NCBI GenBank assembly: GCA_032718475.1
Contig: JAUCBJ010000472.1
Coordinates: 1 to 64,000 of the forward strand
Source: Nemertoderma westbladi
Taxonomy: Eukaryota; Animalia; Xenacoelomorpha
Length of the DNA: 64,000 bases
Reading direction: 5' to 3'
Both the position numbers and the translations under genes were made by a program. A model generated the notes under the pieces. It worked only from the letters and a program-made list of their open reading frames with translations. It had not been told where the DNA came from and ran no database searches. Every line of letters starts with the position of its first letter. Positions within the stretch are counted from its first letter, which is position 1. Positions 1-11,848 of this stretch are shown here, piece after piece.

Positions 1-330
1 CTTTACTTTTGCCTTTGAGTTTTGAAGAATGCAATTTCATTTTCGAATTTTTATACTTCGACGTATTTTAATTAACCTTTGCATTTTATATGAAGAATTA
101 AAAAAACTTGGAAATTTATATACGAAGTTTTCTGCAACTTTTGCCAACTAAAAAAGGGGAATGATTGATGTTAGTGATAGTCGGCATAACCTTTACTGTC
201 CCTGAAAACAATTCCAATTTAAATTTCAAAAATATGAAGAAATACCATTCATTATGCGGCGCATTAGGGTGAGCAAAATGTATCTCTTAGAAAATTCTTA
301 GTACAGTAGACCTGAGGTACGCCGTACTAC

Positions 331-1722
331 CTGCAAAGTGTAGACATCCTCTCTGGAGTACTGAAACAACGCGTATATTGGGTTCAACATCTCGTGGGAA
401 AGCAAATAGAACCATTCCCGCGCCACACCCCCGTAGTCTAACCCCTCCTCGCCCTGGAACTTAATAACCAGTCGTTTATGCAGATCTCGAGGTTTCATCT
501 TCATAACCTGCCGATACGATTCCTCGAAGATATCCTCGCGGCTCACCTCCATGCGGCAATGTCCGGGCGGACGCAACACCGCGACTTCCGCTCGGAATGA
601 CGTCATCTTGGCGATGAGGTCCCGATGGTAGCCGGGCGGGTCCGCGTACACGGCGAGCCCTTGCCCTTGGGCGAACGCCAGCGGGATCCGCGGATCGGTA
701 AACTGCGTGGTCCGTTCCAGGTGATTGACGAAGTAGGTCTTACCGGTGGTTGTCTGCCGCGTCTCCCAGCCCGGGGGTAAGGGGCCCAGCGAGGAGGGGG
801 ACACGGCCCCCGCCTCCGGGAGACGGGGGTCGTGCCAGGTGGACTCGCCGCTTCGTTTGTTTATATAGTAGACCTGTCCATCGGCGGTGCATCTCTTCTC
901 GTACCCGTCTGGTAGATGTTCCTGTGTTGCCGCCGTGGTGCTGTGGAGCTGCGAGCGCGACATATAGTGGCGATGGCGAGAGCCGCGGTTGGACTCTGTC
1001 GTCGGTGTGGCGGCGTGCGGGCGGCGTTGTGGCGGCGTGGGTGCGGCGCATCGGGGACCAACCGAGCGACTGCGCTGTCGGGCGCCGCTGCGCTGGGGTT
1101 GCCACGCGAGGTCGCTTCCCCCCGCGTCGCTCCCATGGCGACGCACAGCTGCCCCGGTTCCGTTGCTTAGAAACCCGTCTCGATCCACGGTAACATTCCG
1201 ACTGCCCAACTCAGAGCGCTGGCTGTCGCGAGATTGGAGACAGAATATAATGTGACCGCGAACGGGGTTGCTAGCCAAGTCCTGGGCGGGGACCCCCTGA
1301 GCCAATGCGAGTCTCTGAAACCCCGTGTCCTTGACCCGGTCTATAATCTCGGACGTCAACCGGACCATCCCGAGGAACGAGTCTTTGGATCGGATAGAAT
1401 GTTTTCGGAAGTTCCATACGGTTATACAGATGGAGTCGTTGTGAGACAAGTAGAGGTTGTGATGGCTGTTCCATTTTGGTTCTATGGTGGCTTTGACGGG
1501 GTCCGTCGTATACACCTGCGTAGAGCAACCAGTCGAGCCATCGACAACGACATGCGCGTACGGGTGGGGAAGGCGAAATAGATCCCGTTTTATCAGATTT
1601 TTTGCGCACAATAAAGTGAGACGAACTTTATATCCCTGGTAGTCTACCCTAGTCGCACTCATATCGGCACGCAAGGCATTATTTTGTCGACTTTCGTATC
1701 CAGATGCAGAGCTGCGCTGCAT
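331..1722 (-). CDS. Smurf: Smurf-family HECT E3 ubiquitin ligase, large 5' coding exon (C2, two WW domains, N-terminal part of HECT); gene continues left of the window
   Basis: KVRLTLLCAKNLIKRDLFRLP (Smurf C2); WW domains LPDGYEKR..STWHDPR and LPPGWE..TTQFTDPR; HECT start VSREDIFEESY..FQGEEGLDYGGVAREWFYLLSHEMLNP. Homology stops at YTLQ, where a CAG|GTAGTA donor lies at 331/330. The start may be the Met at 1722 or at 1662. Confidence 0.93.
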
Positions 1723-2159
1723 ACAGGCATATAGGCTATCTCAGTAATGCAGTCAGTAAGTACGGCTGTAAGGTACAGCAGTATGCTGGTATGCCAGTAC
1801 AGCAGTATACAGTACAGCGCTGGAGTACAGCAAGAGCAGTAGGACAATCTCTCTCTATCCAGTAATCAGTATGGAATTCAGCAGTTCAGTAAAAATGTGA
1901 ATTTAATATTTTTTGTACAGTTGTAACTTTAATTGAAGTTAAAGAAACAATTTCAATGATAACCAAATTTAATAAGGACTTGCTTAGATTGTGAACTGTA
2001 ACAGGGGTAGCACATAAACCTGTGTACGATTGATTCATATAGGGGCCTACGATTGAAACAAATACGATAGGGACATTTCTATATCTATTGAATGTCGTAA
2101 AATAATGGCGTAAATAATGTCGTAGCGACTAGCGACGTAGCGCGGTCGCATTTTTAATT

Positions 2160-2208
2160 GGGATGAGCATAAGCTCAAAGGATGGTATGCTTGAGCATGT
2201 GGAAGACT
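2160..2208 (+). mobile_element. about 50-bp fragment of the local RTE LINE family
   Basis: ggatgagcataagctcaaaggatggtatgcttgagcatgtgga matches the reverse complement of about 9198-9240 (RMSISSKDGMLEHV). Confidence 0.75.
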
Positions 2209-2209
2209 C

Positions 2210-2700
2210 TAGTTTCGATTCTGGTGTTGTTCCAGATGACTAGCGCTCTGCAATTATCAGTCCATTGTTAAAGAAAACCTCATAAACATAACCCGGATAA
2301 CTATCGTCCCATTCCCATATCCCTTACTTTGTATCCTGGATCTGTGAGAAGCTTATTCGTGATGCCCTTATTTGTCATTTTGAATGGAAATAATACTTTC
2401 ACCAGCACAAGCACGGTGCAAGTTCTCACCGTTCTACAGTCTGATAGTTACACAGTTACTACATAGAAGTAGTGGAAGACTTCTGCAGCTTAATAGATGA
2501 ACTGCATTCTCTTGGAGCAGATGTTGTATCCTCACACACGGACACGGCCTCACACACTCTGCTTCTGCATACATTAGAGAGTACTGTATGGTGTAAAGGG
2601 CAAAATGTTTTAGTTTTGATAGGTAACTTTCTTACTGGCCGTACCCAATCTGTTAAGCATGCATTTCATCGTTACGGAGTTACATTTCGCACGAGATAAA
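2210..2700 (+). pseudogene. degenerate CR1/L2-type LINE reverse transcriptase fragment
   Basis: broken-frame motifs AIISPLLKK, PDNYRPI, ICEKLI and NFLTGRTQSV, typical of CR1-group RTs. Confidence 0.6.
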
Positions 2701-2870
2701 GTGTTACCTGGTGTTTCGAAGATGACTTAAATTAACGTTAATTTGTGGAGCATAGTAAGACAAATTATCGGAGAACATATTGGTTTCGTCGTTAGTTTTA
2801 TTCTATTTACCTCGGATTTATTATTTTTAATATCGCAAACATTTGCAAACATTTTAGCAAACAATTGCAA

Positions 2871-2979
2871 CCCAGACAATTCCGACCCGGACAATTACGA
2901 TCCATTCAGAGATCGAATGAAATTTTCATGGTCGGAATTGTCCGGGTCGGAATTGTCCGGGTCGGAATTGTCCGGATCC
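2871..2979. mobile_element. foldback/MITE-like element built from 15-bp units in inverted orientation
   Basis: two ccggacaattccgac-like units on the left face three gtcggaattgtccgg units on the right; a related element lies at about 27765-27836. Confidence 0.6.
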
Positions 2980-3971
2980 AGCATAGGACAATAATATTAA
3001 TATTAATAAATAATAATGTAAATAATAATAATACATAATAATTTTATTTAACATTACATTTATTTATTATTCAACAAAAGATTGCTCTATCCATGGATAT
3101 TTCTTCGTGTTAGACATGTTTGCTATGTATGTAATTTTATAGTTGCATTGTACTTTTCGAATTGAGTGTATGTAGTAGTGTGTTTTGGGCACACCCCCAC
3201 AAAATTTTTATAATACTAGCTAGTTTTTGCTATTTTTTTGAAAATGTTATAAAAACATACTTCTACTACATTGTTCCCCATTTACTGCTTTCCTCAACAC
3301 AGTTAAATGTAATGTTGCAAAGTTGTTTTGTAAAGCTTTATAAATTAATTTAAATCAATCCACCATTCTGGAATATTTGTCACATGCATAACATACATAT
3401 ATTATAACATACATAATAAGTATAACATACATTACTCTATTATAATATAATATTCTTTTTATTATAATTTTTATTATTTATATTTCAATTTCTTATAATA
3501 ATAACGGTAAAACAAGGCCAAAATGGTGATAGAAGTTAAATATTTTATTTTACCTTTAGTACAGTAGTAGGCCTACATTAGTAAAAAAATTTAAAAAAAA
3601 AATAAATTTTGAAAAATGATTTTTGAAAAAAATTGTGAAATTTTTTTTGTACTTATGAAGTCTTACTACAAAAGGTTGAGCTTTTGTTTTTTTTGTTTTT
3701 CTAGAATTGAGTAAAATAATACAAGCTAGTTTTTACAATTAAAATTAATTATTTGTATTACATCACAACAAAAAATTAGTTGTTAGTTGGATTTTGATTT
3801 TTAAAAAAACACGATTTTTTTTTATTCGAAATAATTATGAAATATTGTAACGCTTAGAACATTTGAATAGTTAGCTACCTAGCTAACTCAGTTAATGCTT
3901 TAATAATTCATTTTCCTCAATCACCTACTAATTATTAACAACACAGCTCAACACAACACATCTTTCAGACA

Positions 3972-6900
3972 GTGTACTTCAAAATACCACCATGTTCAGT
4001 AGATCTGTATAGGTTTAGTGGGATGAACATATCTTCAGATGACATTTCTTCACATTCAAAAGACAAGTGGTTAACAGACAACATTATTGAAGCAATCATT
4101 AAGAACCTATGTACCAAATTTAGTGGCTCGGCCAAGGTCTTTAATTCCAATTTCTTGTCGATTTTCAAGCATAAAGGACTCCGAGGTGTGAAACGATCAA
4201 GCACATCTGACCTTTTGGACTTTGATTTTTTGTTTTTCCCTTTCAACATTAGTAACTGCCATTGGGTTATGCCTGTTTACTCTCCAAAGACCAGTCAGCT
4301 ATGGTACTTTGACTCGCTTGCCTGTAGGACTCAGGAATCACTGGAACTATTACAGAGATGGATAGCCAAAATACATCTCGACTTCGACATCACTCAGCCC
4401 TATCTTAGCATTGTCATGCGGCTACCAAAGATCCAGCAAAATGGCCACAACTGTGGAGCTTTTGTTTGTTACTTTGCCTCGATTCTTTTAAATGGACGAT
4501 CTTTTAGCAATCTCGACGACTCAATAGTTACACGTTATCGCGAAAGTGTTTGCAAGGAAATTGAAAATGAGGCAGTACTTGTAAGGCACAAAAACGAAAA
4601 TGACAATAATATCAGGGATGGTGTGGCGCCATTTATCAGTAACTCCACTCCCATTAGTGGCGACCAACAAAAATGTACTTCTGACCAGCCTAATACATCC
4701 ACAATAGTTTATAGCCAAGGCTCCCACAGCCACTCATCATGTGATGTTTGTTCGAAAAGCGTAGCATTTAACAGCAATGGGACTCGGAGGAAACATAAAG
4801 CGAACAACACAGGGATGACCTGCACGGGCTCTGGCACTAAAGTTGTTCAGCAACTGGTTCACTCCAACCCGGACTGTGAAACAACCAAACATCCATGTAC
4901 TGATCCAAATATCTCAATCCAAGGGGACATACAAATATTACTGGATCCAAACACACAAATTTTTGCTTCCAAAAATACCCCGACCACTTCTGGTTGCTCC
5001 GCTCTTTCAGTTAACACCGAACAGTCAGAAAAGGAGTACACAAGGGCAAATATGAACCTACCTGGTTTTACACCTTGCATCCATGGGTTTTCTTGGAATG
5101 GAGTGCCAGGGGATTTATTCCTCACCCAGTTAAATGATGCCTACAACGAAATTGTTCATTGGTCCCCTGACCTTTTTGAAGTTCCAAGATCTAAAGCTGG
5201 GCATCGTTTTGTCACACTGATGTCAGGATTGCTAAAGGCTTTCACTGAAAAATCCAACATGGAAAGTATCTCGTTGCTGGCAGTGATGGTTGCACCGGCA
5301 TTGTTGCTTCGCTCGGCAGCAAAAAATGCAAGTTCATCCACCCTTAGTGAAACCATAAACAGACGTATTGATCTGTGGGAAGCTGGGGATCTTGAAGAAC
5401 TGCTTATAGAGGGTCGCACACTGCAATCTCGGAGACATAAGATCAAAAAGGCAAAAAACATCGATGAAGGACACCGACGCACTTTCATTATAAATATGTC
5501 CCATGGTCAAGTCTCTGCTGCTGTAAATCTACTTGGAAATAAAAGCAGGAGTGGTATACTTAATCTGAAAGACAGGGTGAAAAATAAATGTGTAAAAGAA
5601 ATCCTACTAGAAAAGCACCCCATGCCTGGTCCTTTGGATCATACTCTTATCGAAGACAATTGGAATAGAGAAATTGATTTTCATCGTATAATTTTCGATA
5701 AAATTGATGGGGACATGATTCTGTCTGCTGCACTACGCACAAAAGGCTCTGCTGGCCCCTCAGGCATGGATGCAAATGCCTGGCGGCGGATACTGACGGC
5801 CTTTGGCCAATCTTCAGGTGATCTGCGGAAGGCCATTGCAGGTCTAGCTAGAAGATTTGCCACTGAATAATGTTGATCCACAAACCTTAGTAGCTTTCAA
5901 TGCCGACCGCCTAATAGCACTGGACAAATGTCCTGGGGTGAGACCAATTGGGATAGGAGAAGTGCTGAGAAGAATAGTAGGTAAGGCTATAATGAAATGT
6001 GCTAGATCTGACCTGGAGGAGCTCGCTGGAAACTTGCAACTTTGCCTTGGACAAAAAGCAGGAATAGAACACGGAATCCACTCACTAAGGGCTTTCTTTG
6101 AAACGGATGAGTGCGAGGCAAACCTCCTCATAGATGCAACAAATGCCTTCAATTCTCTGAATAGGCAACTTGCCCTACGGAATGCATCTGTCATCTGCCC
6201 AGCCCTTGCTGCTGCACTTATGAATTCATACAGAGAAGCAGTTCCACTTTTCGTCGATAATGAGACTATCTGGTCCCGGGAGGGAACTACTCAGGGTGAC
6301 GTCCTGGCCATGGCCATGTATGCTATTGGCACCCTTCCCATGGTCAAGAAATTGGTGGAATTCCTAAAATCCTCAGATCCGACTCAAGCTGTCCTAATCA
6401 AAAATGCCACCAGTACACCTACACAATGTTCTTCGATACCTCCGGAATCCTCCAGTAATGTCACAGTGGAGGCTTACCAAGCAACAGCCCACATCAGTAC
6501 CCACACGAATAGTCCAATGGCTATAAGCTGCAATCAGGCTTCTCTATTAAAAAATGTAGATGACAACGGCGACCAACAAGCCGATACATGGGACGATGTA
6601 ATTGACACCTCACACCCAGTACTTTAAGAAACTAAGCCAGTCGACACTCAGAAGCCTTCAATAGATCTACATGAATCTCCTCGCTACCCCACTGTAAACG
6701 ATCATCATGAAAAATCAAGATCTATTCAAAAATGATATGCAGATGACGCAAGTGTCGGAGGTAACTGAAAACTCTATTGTTTTACTGGCAAATGGTCTGT
6801 CAAATCAGCCCTGGCTATGGATACTACCCGAATGCTGTGAAGACAAAGCTTATAGTTAAGGGAGACTTAAATACTGAAGCACTTGACTTGTTTGCCTCTA

Positions 6901-8251
6901 CAGGTGTTGAGATCGTAAATGGCCATAGGGTTCTGGGGTCAGTCATTGGGAGTGATCTAGCATGTACAGAAATCATAACTAAGAAAGTGGAAGAACTTTC
7001 CGATGAACTTTCATGCCTAACAAATTTCGCAAAATCGGCACCTCATCCATCATACAGCTGCTTTATTTTCGGTTTCCAACATAAGTTGAACTTCCTTGCT
7101 AGAACAACACCACACTTTACCGATGCCCTCGAACCCTATGAACACCTTATCACGAACAAGTTTATCCCATCAGTCACTGGTAGGAATCCTCCCGGAGATG
7201 TGGAAAGACAACTGTTAGCTCTGCCAACACGAGAGGAAGGCCTGGCAATTCTCCAGCCCTCTGATCTATTACAATGCTATAGTAATGCTCTATGAAGATC
7301 TGTGAACCACTAGAACAGCTTGATCTAGGGCTAGGCCTAAGAAGCGCAATGTCTGAAATTATCACCAAGGTGAAGACTGCTGACCTCTGCGCGCTTAAGA
7401 CAAAATGTGATATCCTCCACAACTTCCTAAGCCCGGATGCCCAATATCATCGCAATCTGGCAAACGAAAAAGGTGCATCGGCTTGGCTGAGCGTCCTACC
7501 CATATCGAACAACGGGCTTTCCCTACACAAATCCGCATTTCGGGATGCCCTTTGCCTACGGTATGGGTGGACCCCAGAAAAACTTCCTACAACATGTGTC
7601 TGTGGTGCTTCATTCACTGTGTCTCATTCGCTAGACTGCCCCACAGGTGGATTTCCAAACTTGAGACACAATGAGATACGAGATCTGCTAGCTGAAATCC
7701 TCTCGGAAATTTCTAAAGATGTTGAGTTGGAACCACATCTTCAGAAAGTGGAACAGGAACAATTCAGCTTGCTCAGCACCACAAGGGAGGATGATGTTCG
7801 CTTGGACGTTGCAGCCTCGGGTGTATGGGGAGGTACTTTTGAGCGAACTTAAGTAGATGTGAAGGTCTTCAATCCTTATTGCGACTCCAACCCAAGGTCA
7901 ATTGATGCTGCATACAATATGCACGAGAATGCAAAGAGACGGAAGTACAAGGAGCGAATCAATATGGTTGAACATGCAGGCTTCTGCCCTTTTGTAGCTG
8001 TAGCAAGTGGAGGTCTAAGTAGATCGGCCAATGCGCTCATAAATCACATGTCCTTGCTTCTGTCTGCAAAGCGTGATACCCCTTACTCCATAACGGTAGC
8101 GCTCCTACGAGTGAAGATGTGTTTTGCCCTTCTGAGATCATCCGTGATGTGTCTACGTGGTTCAAGGAGCCACAGAAAGGCTGCTGGTAAAGCCACCAAA
8201 GCAATCGCTGAAACAGGTTTTCTATCTCTTTCAGCCAGTTCCGGTATCTAA
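3972..8251 (+). mobile_element. decayed RLE-type non-LTR retrotransposon (CRE-like): Ulp1/C48 protease, zinc finger, RT, CCHC and restriction-like endonuclease
   Basis: Ulp1 motifs WLTDNII, CHW, YFDS, QQNGHNCG; CDVC..H..C finger; RT motifs SAGPSG, GVRPIGIGEVLRR, LIDATNAFNS, GTTQGD and YADD (6736-6747); C-terminal CVCG..HSLDC, RHNEIRD, RLDV, HENAKRRKY. Split by frameshifts and stops (about 5860, 6625, 6733, 6766, 7293, 7850). Confidence 0.88.
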
Positions 8252-8574
8252 ATAATAATAACATGCAAATTAGAAACTCTCAAAATATTAAATACGTAAT
8301 TAATGTTGATTTATAATTTTGTCTATAAAAAAAAAATTTTAATTTCCAGGGTTTTGAGAAATTAAAAAAAAAAATTTTTCTATAGCCGGTTTTCAATGCA
8401 GAAAATTGTTATTAAGCCGGCTTTAAAGGGATAAAGGTCTAAAAGTCCAAACAGTAACTTATTTTTTTTTTCTAATACTGCTCCGGTGGAGCGGTAAATC
8501 TAGAAGCAGTAGGCCTAGTGGTGCTGGTCCAGTACCACATTGCAGTATTAATTCGATTGTGATTTATTTATATA

Positions 8575-9630
8575 ATACTACTACTAGGATCGGCATGCTG
8601 CATTGTAGCTGCATTTTTAAGAATGCTGTGCCGGCTTGTCAACAAAATTGCACCGCCACAACTCCCTCCCTATCACCCATGACATTTGCTAGATCATCCG
8701 CATCTTTAAGGCCAGTGTCCTTTAAGATGCGTCTCAAGAAAGTCATGGGCTGTCCACCATGCTTATTCACTCCATGAGGCTGCCAAAGTACAAGATTATG
8801 CACTGGCTGGTCTTCACGGCGAAAGCAATGTCCTGCAAAGCGGAGGCGATTTTGTTCTAGTGTCAAGCTTGGGGGAACCTATGAGACACCTCCAATGTTA
8901 TATAGTGTCTGGTTGGAGATGTGTGCCTTGTACTTGACACAATGTATCCGGCGTAGCATTCTTGTAAATGTGCCATCCAGAGATTTGGTGTCCTCAGCAG
9001 TTAGAGCCCAGCATGGACTCCCGTAGAGGAGTACTGGAACTACTGCTGCTCTAAATAATCGGACCTTAAGTTTCCGATTAATTCTCGGTGACTTCCAAAT
9101 CCTGGAAAGCCTATTCAAGGCTGCCCATGCCTTTCCCTTATGTATTCGAAGGTCCTCACCTGACTTCCGGATCCATGATCCCAGGTAACAGAAGTCGTCC
9201 ACATGCTCAAGCATACCATCCTTTGAGCTTATGCTCATCCGATCAGAGACTTGCTGAGGACTTTCAAAGTTAACTGTCAGAATTTTGGTCTTTCTGGAGT
9301 TAATAAAAAGACCAACACTAGAAGCAGCATGTTCTAATGAGCTGAGGAGCTGTTGGGCTCCCTCTAATGATTCTGAGAGTACTCCTAAGTCATCAGCAAA
9401 GTCTAGATCAGTTAGGTACTTGGCAGGATTTCCTCGACTTCTGGAGCTAGTAGATGGAGTTATCATCACCCCATCATCATTATAATGATCTAAGGACATG
9501 CGTAGAACATAGTCAACCACAGTAATGAACAAGAATGGTGCAAGTGTGTCTCCTTGGGGGACGCCCCATAACACTTCAAATGGTTCTGTGTCACCGTCAA
9601 CAGTAGACACAAATGCTGTCGAATACTGAG
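8575..9630 (-). mobile_element. 5'-truncated RTE-clade LINE with (TAG)n tail
   Basis: GVPQGDTLAPFLF, LDFADD, FCYLGS, LLYG..W and RLRFAGHC; the tail reads cctagtagtagta on the minus strand. Confidence 0.9.
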
Positions 9631-10279
9631 AATGACCTTATCGCCCTAGAACAGAGGAAAAGAGCAAAGAAAGAGTGGATAGAAAGGGAAAGAAAGGCAG
9701 CAGAGGCCAAACTGAAAGAGTGAGTAGAATAAAGTAGAAATAGTGAGAATAGCAGCCGAAGTGGAGCGAAAGGCAGCAGAAGAATTGGCTGAGATAGAAC
9801 TAGAAGCCATTAGAGAACAGGGAGAATTACAAAGAAAACAAGTAGAAGAATCGAAGGCAAAAATCAGAAACTTGGCGACTCCTAAGGGATATGGATTCAT
9901 TACCTCCTTGGATGAAGGTACTACCACAGAATCTGAGTGTAAGAGTTATAAATCCAACTCGAATGGACACAGACAGGCCCCGATATTATGTAAGTTGCCT
10001 AATTTACCCCCACCTGCAAGAGGAGAGTTGGCCAACCCTGATTTGAGGTCTTTGGATTTCACCCCAATAACAGTTCATCCTTGTAGGCTTCACACCATCT
10101 TAGACAAACCAGAAGTAAGTGGTCCTGTCATTAAAAATAACTCAATTCTGGAGACCCCTTTGATAGTAGAAGATGATTCGAAATTTCCTTTGGAGAAAAA
10201 TCAGTAACCCCTACCCCTGACTAGTAGCAAAATCCCAGATACTACTGTTAATACTCATGGGAAAATCTTTAATAGAGGA

Positions 10280-10866
10280 CTGCTTAGTGGGCGGAAAAGC
10301 CAACCAACCACCAAGGTTAAGGCTGAATCACCAGCCGATCGCCTCAATGGTTGGAAAGCCCACTTTGAAAAGCTCCTCAATAATGACAGGGTATTGCCTG
10401 ATAACTTTATAGAAGTGAAAGTGTCTGAGTCTGTACTCCCAGATATTCCCATTGGCGATATCTCCTTTGCAGAAGTGAAGGCTGCTGCAAAGAGCATTAA
10501 GACCAATCGTGCCAGTGGAGTAGATGGTGTTCCCCCTGAGGTCTCATTGGTGTCTCATTGAGTGTCTCATTGGTTCCCCCAAGCTTGACACTAGAACAAA
10601 ATCGCCTCCGCTTTGCAGGACATTGCTTTCGACGTGAGGACCAGCCAGTGCATAATCTTGTACTTTGGCAGCCTTATGGAGTGAATAAGCATGGTGGACA
10701 GCCCATGACTTTCTTGAGACTCATCTTAAAGGACACTGGCCTTAAAGATGCGGATGATCTGGCAAATGTCATGGGTGATAGGGAGTTGTGGCGGTGCAAT
10801 TTTGTTGACAAGCCGGCACAGCATTCTTAAAAATGCAGCTGCAATGCAGCATGCCGATCCTAGTAG
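10280..10866 (+). mobile_element. internally deleted RTE copy with an 11-bp TSD
   Basis: TSD ttaatagagga at 10269-10279 and 10867-10877; the 5' part encodes WKAHFEKLLN..ASGVDGVPPE; the 3' ~310 bp is nearly identical (inverted) to 8578-8890. Confidence 0.88.
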
Positions 10867-11232
10867 TTAATAGAGGAATTATCTCCTATTGCTCCTCAAT
10901 TTCAATCACTTACTGCCACAGCATCGGCAAGATCTGAGAAATTAGACCAGTGGATTGAAAAGGGGCGGAGAGAGATAGAAAAAATAATAGAGGGGCTATC
11001 TCACTCTAAACTAAACTGTAGATCATTAAAGGGCTTTAGAACAAACTAAGGAAAAAACAGAAGATCAATTAAGAGATTTAGAAGGTACTATAAGTTCTTT
11101 GAAGGGTACCGTAAGAGAACATAAAATGAGAACATAAAGTCCAACATCATTTAGCTTTGGAGAGTGATAGGTTGGTTAACCTAAAGAAAGGAATACCACC
11201 TCCTGTAACTATATTAAAACCACTTAGGTCTG

Positions 11233-11848
11233 TGTGACGGGATTCAGGAGTTGGTTTCTAAACCCCGACCGGTGTGTTGTTTGGGCTATAAGCGTCGCCG
11301 CGTCTGTAGGCTGCTGAAAGGCTGTTGTGTCTGAATGTTAAGGCCAAAGGCCATTCAAATAACTGAGTTTTGGTGATATTTGTTGTAATGTCAGATCGTA
11401 ATAATAGCACAATCAGAATATAATAGCACGGTAGTAACGACGGTTAAAAACTGTTCCGGTCTCACAACTCTACAGATACCAACTGAATCAGAATCAATAA
11501 GTACAATGGTTATATTACCGACACATATTGGTTGCTCCTACTGTTCTAAGCGGCCTGGCCAATGGATGCGTTCCAATCACCTATTTTCCCCTCCCATCAT
11601 TGGCTAACCTAATTAATCTCCATCTCCCCACTCCCTGTTGCCACTGTCCCCACGTGCTAGCCCCGCTAGCCCCTTTGTCCCCTTGAGAGGTTTATGACCT
11701 CTCAAATCTGCTTGCGGCTGGCAGTGTGTGTTGCCTGAGTTGGTTATTAGGTTACATTATATTCGCAATGTCACCTTCACAACTATAATTGGTAAAAAGC
11801 CATTTTGCCCATTTTCCGCTGTGTAGTGCAGGGGTGAATCCGCTTACA
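11233..11848. mobile_element. solo LTR (616 bp)
   Basis: TGT...ACA termini (tgtgacggg / ccgcttaca); 5-bp TSD gtctg at 11228-11232 and 11849-11853; removing it restores colinearity with the Gag of copy B. Confidence 0.85.

Noticed and set aside
740-1609. Multiple overlapping ORFs within the Smurf exon
   Set aside because: Shadow frames of GC-rich coding sequence.
8478-8503. Helitron-like 3' end (hairpin followed by CTAG) or tRNA-like A box
   Set aside because: CTAG is not followed by T, no matching 5' TC end was found, and there is no cloverleaf.
8574-9627. 6-bp TSD (aatact) for the minus-strand RTE
   Set aside because: Short, AT-rich and overlapping the tail; likely chance.
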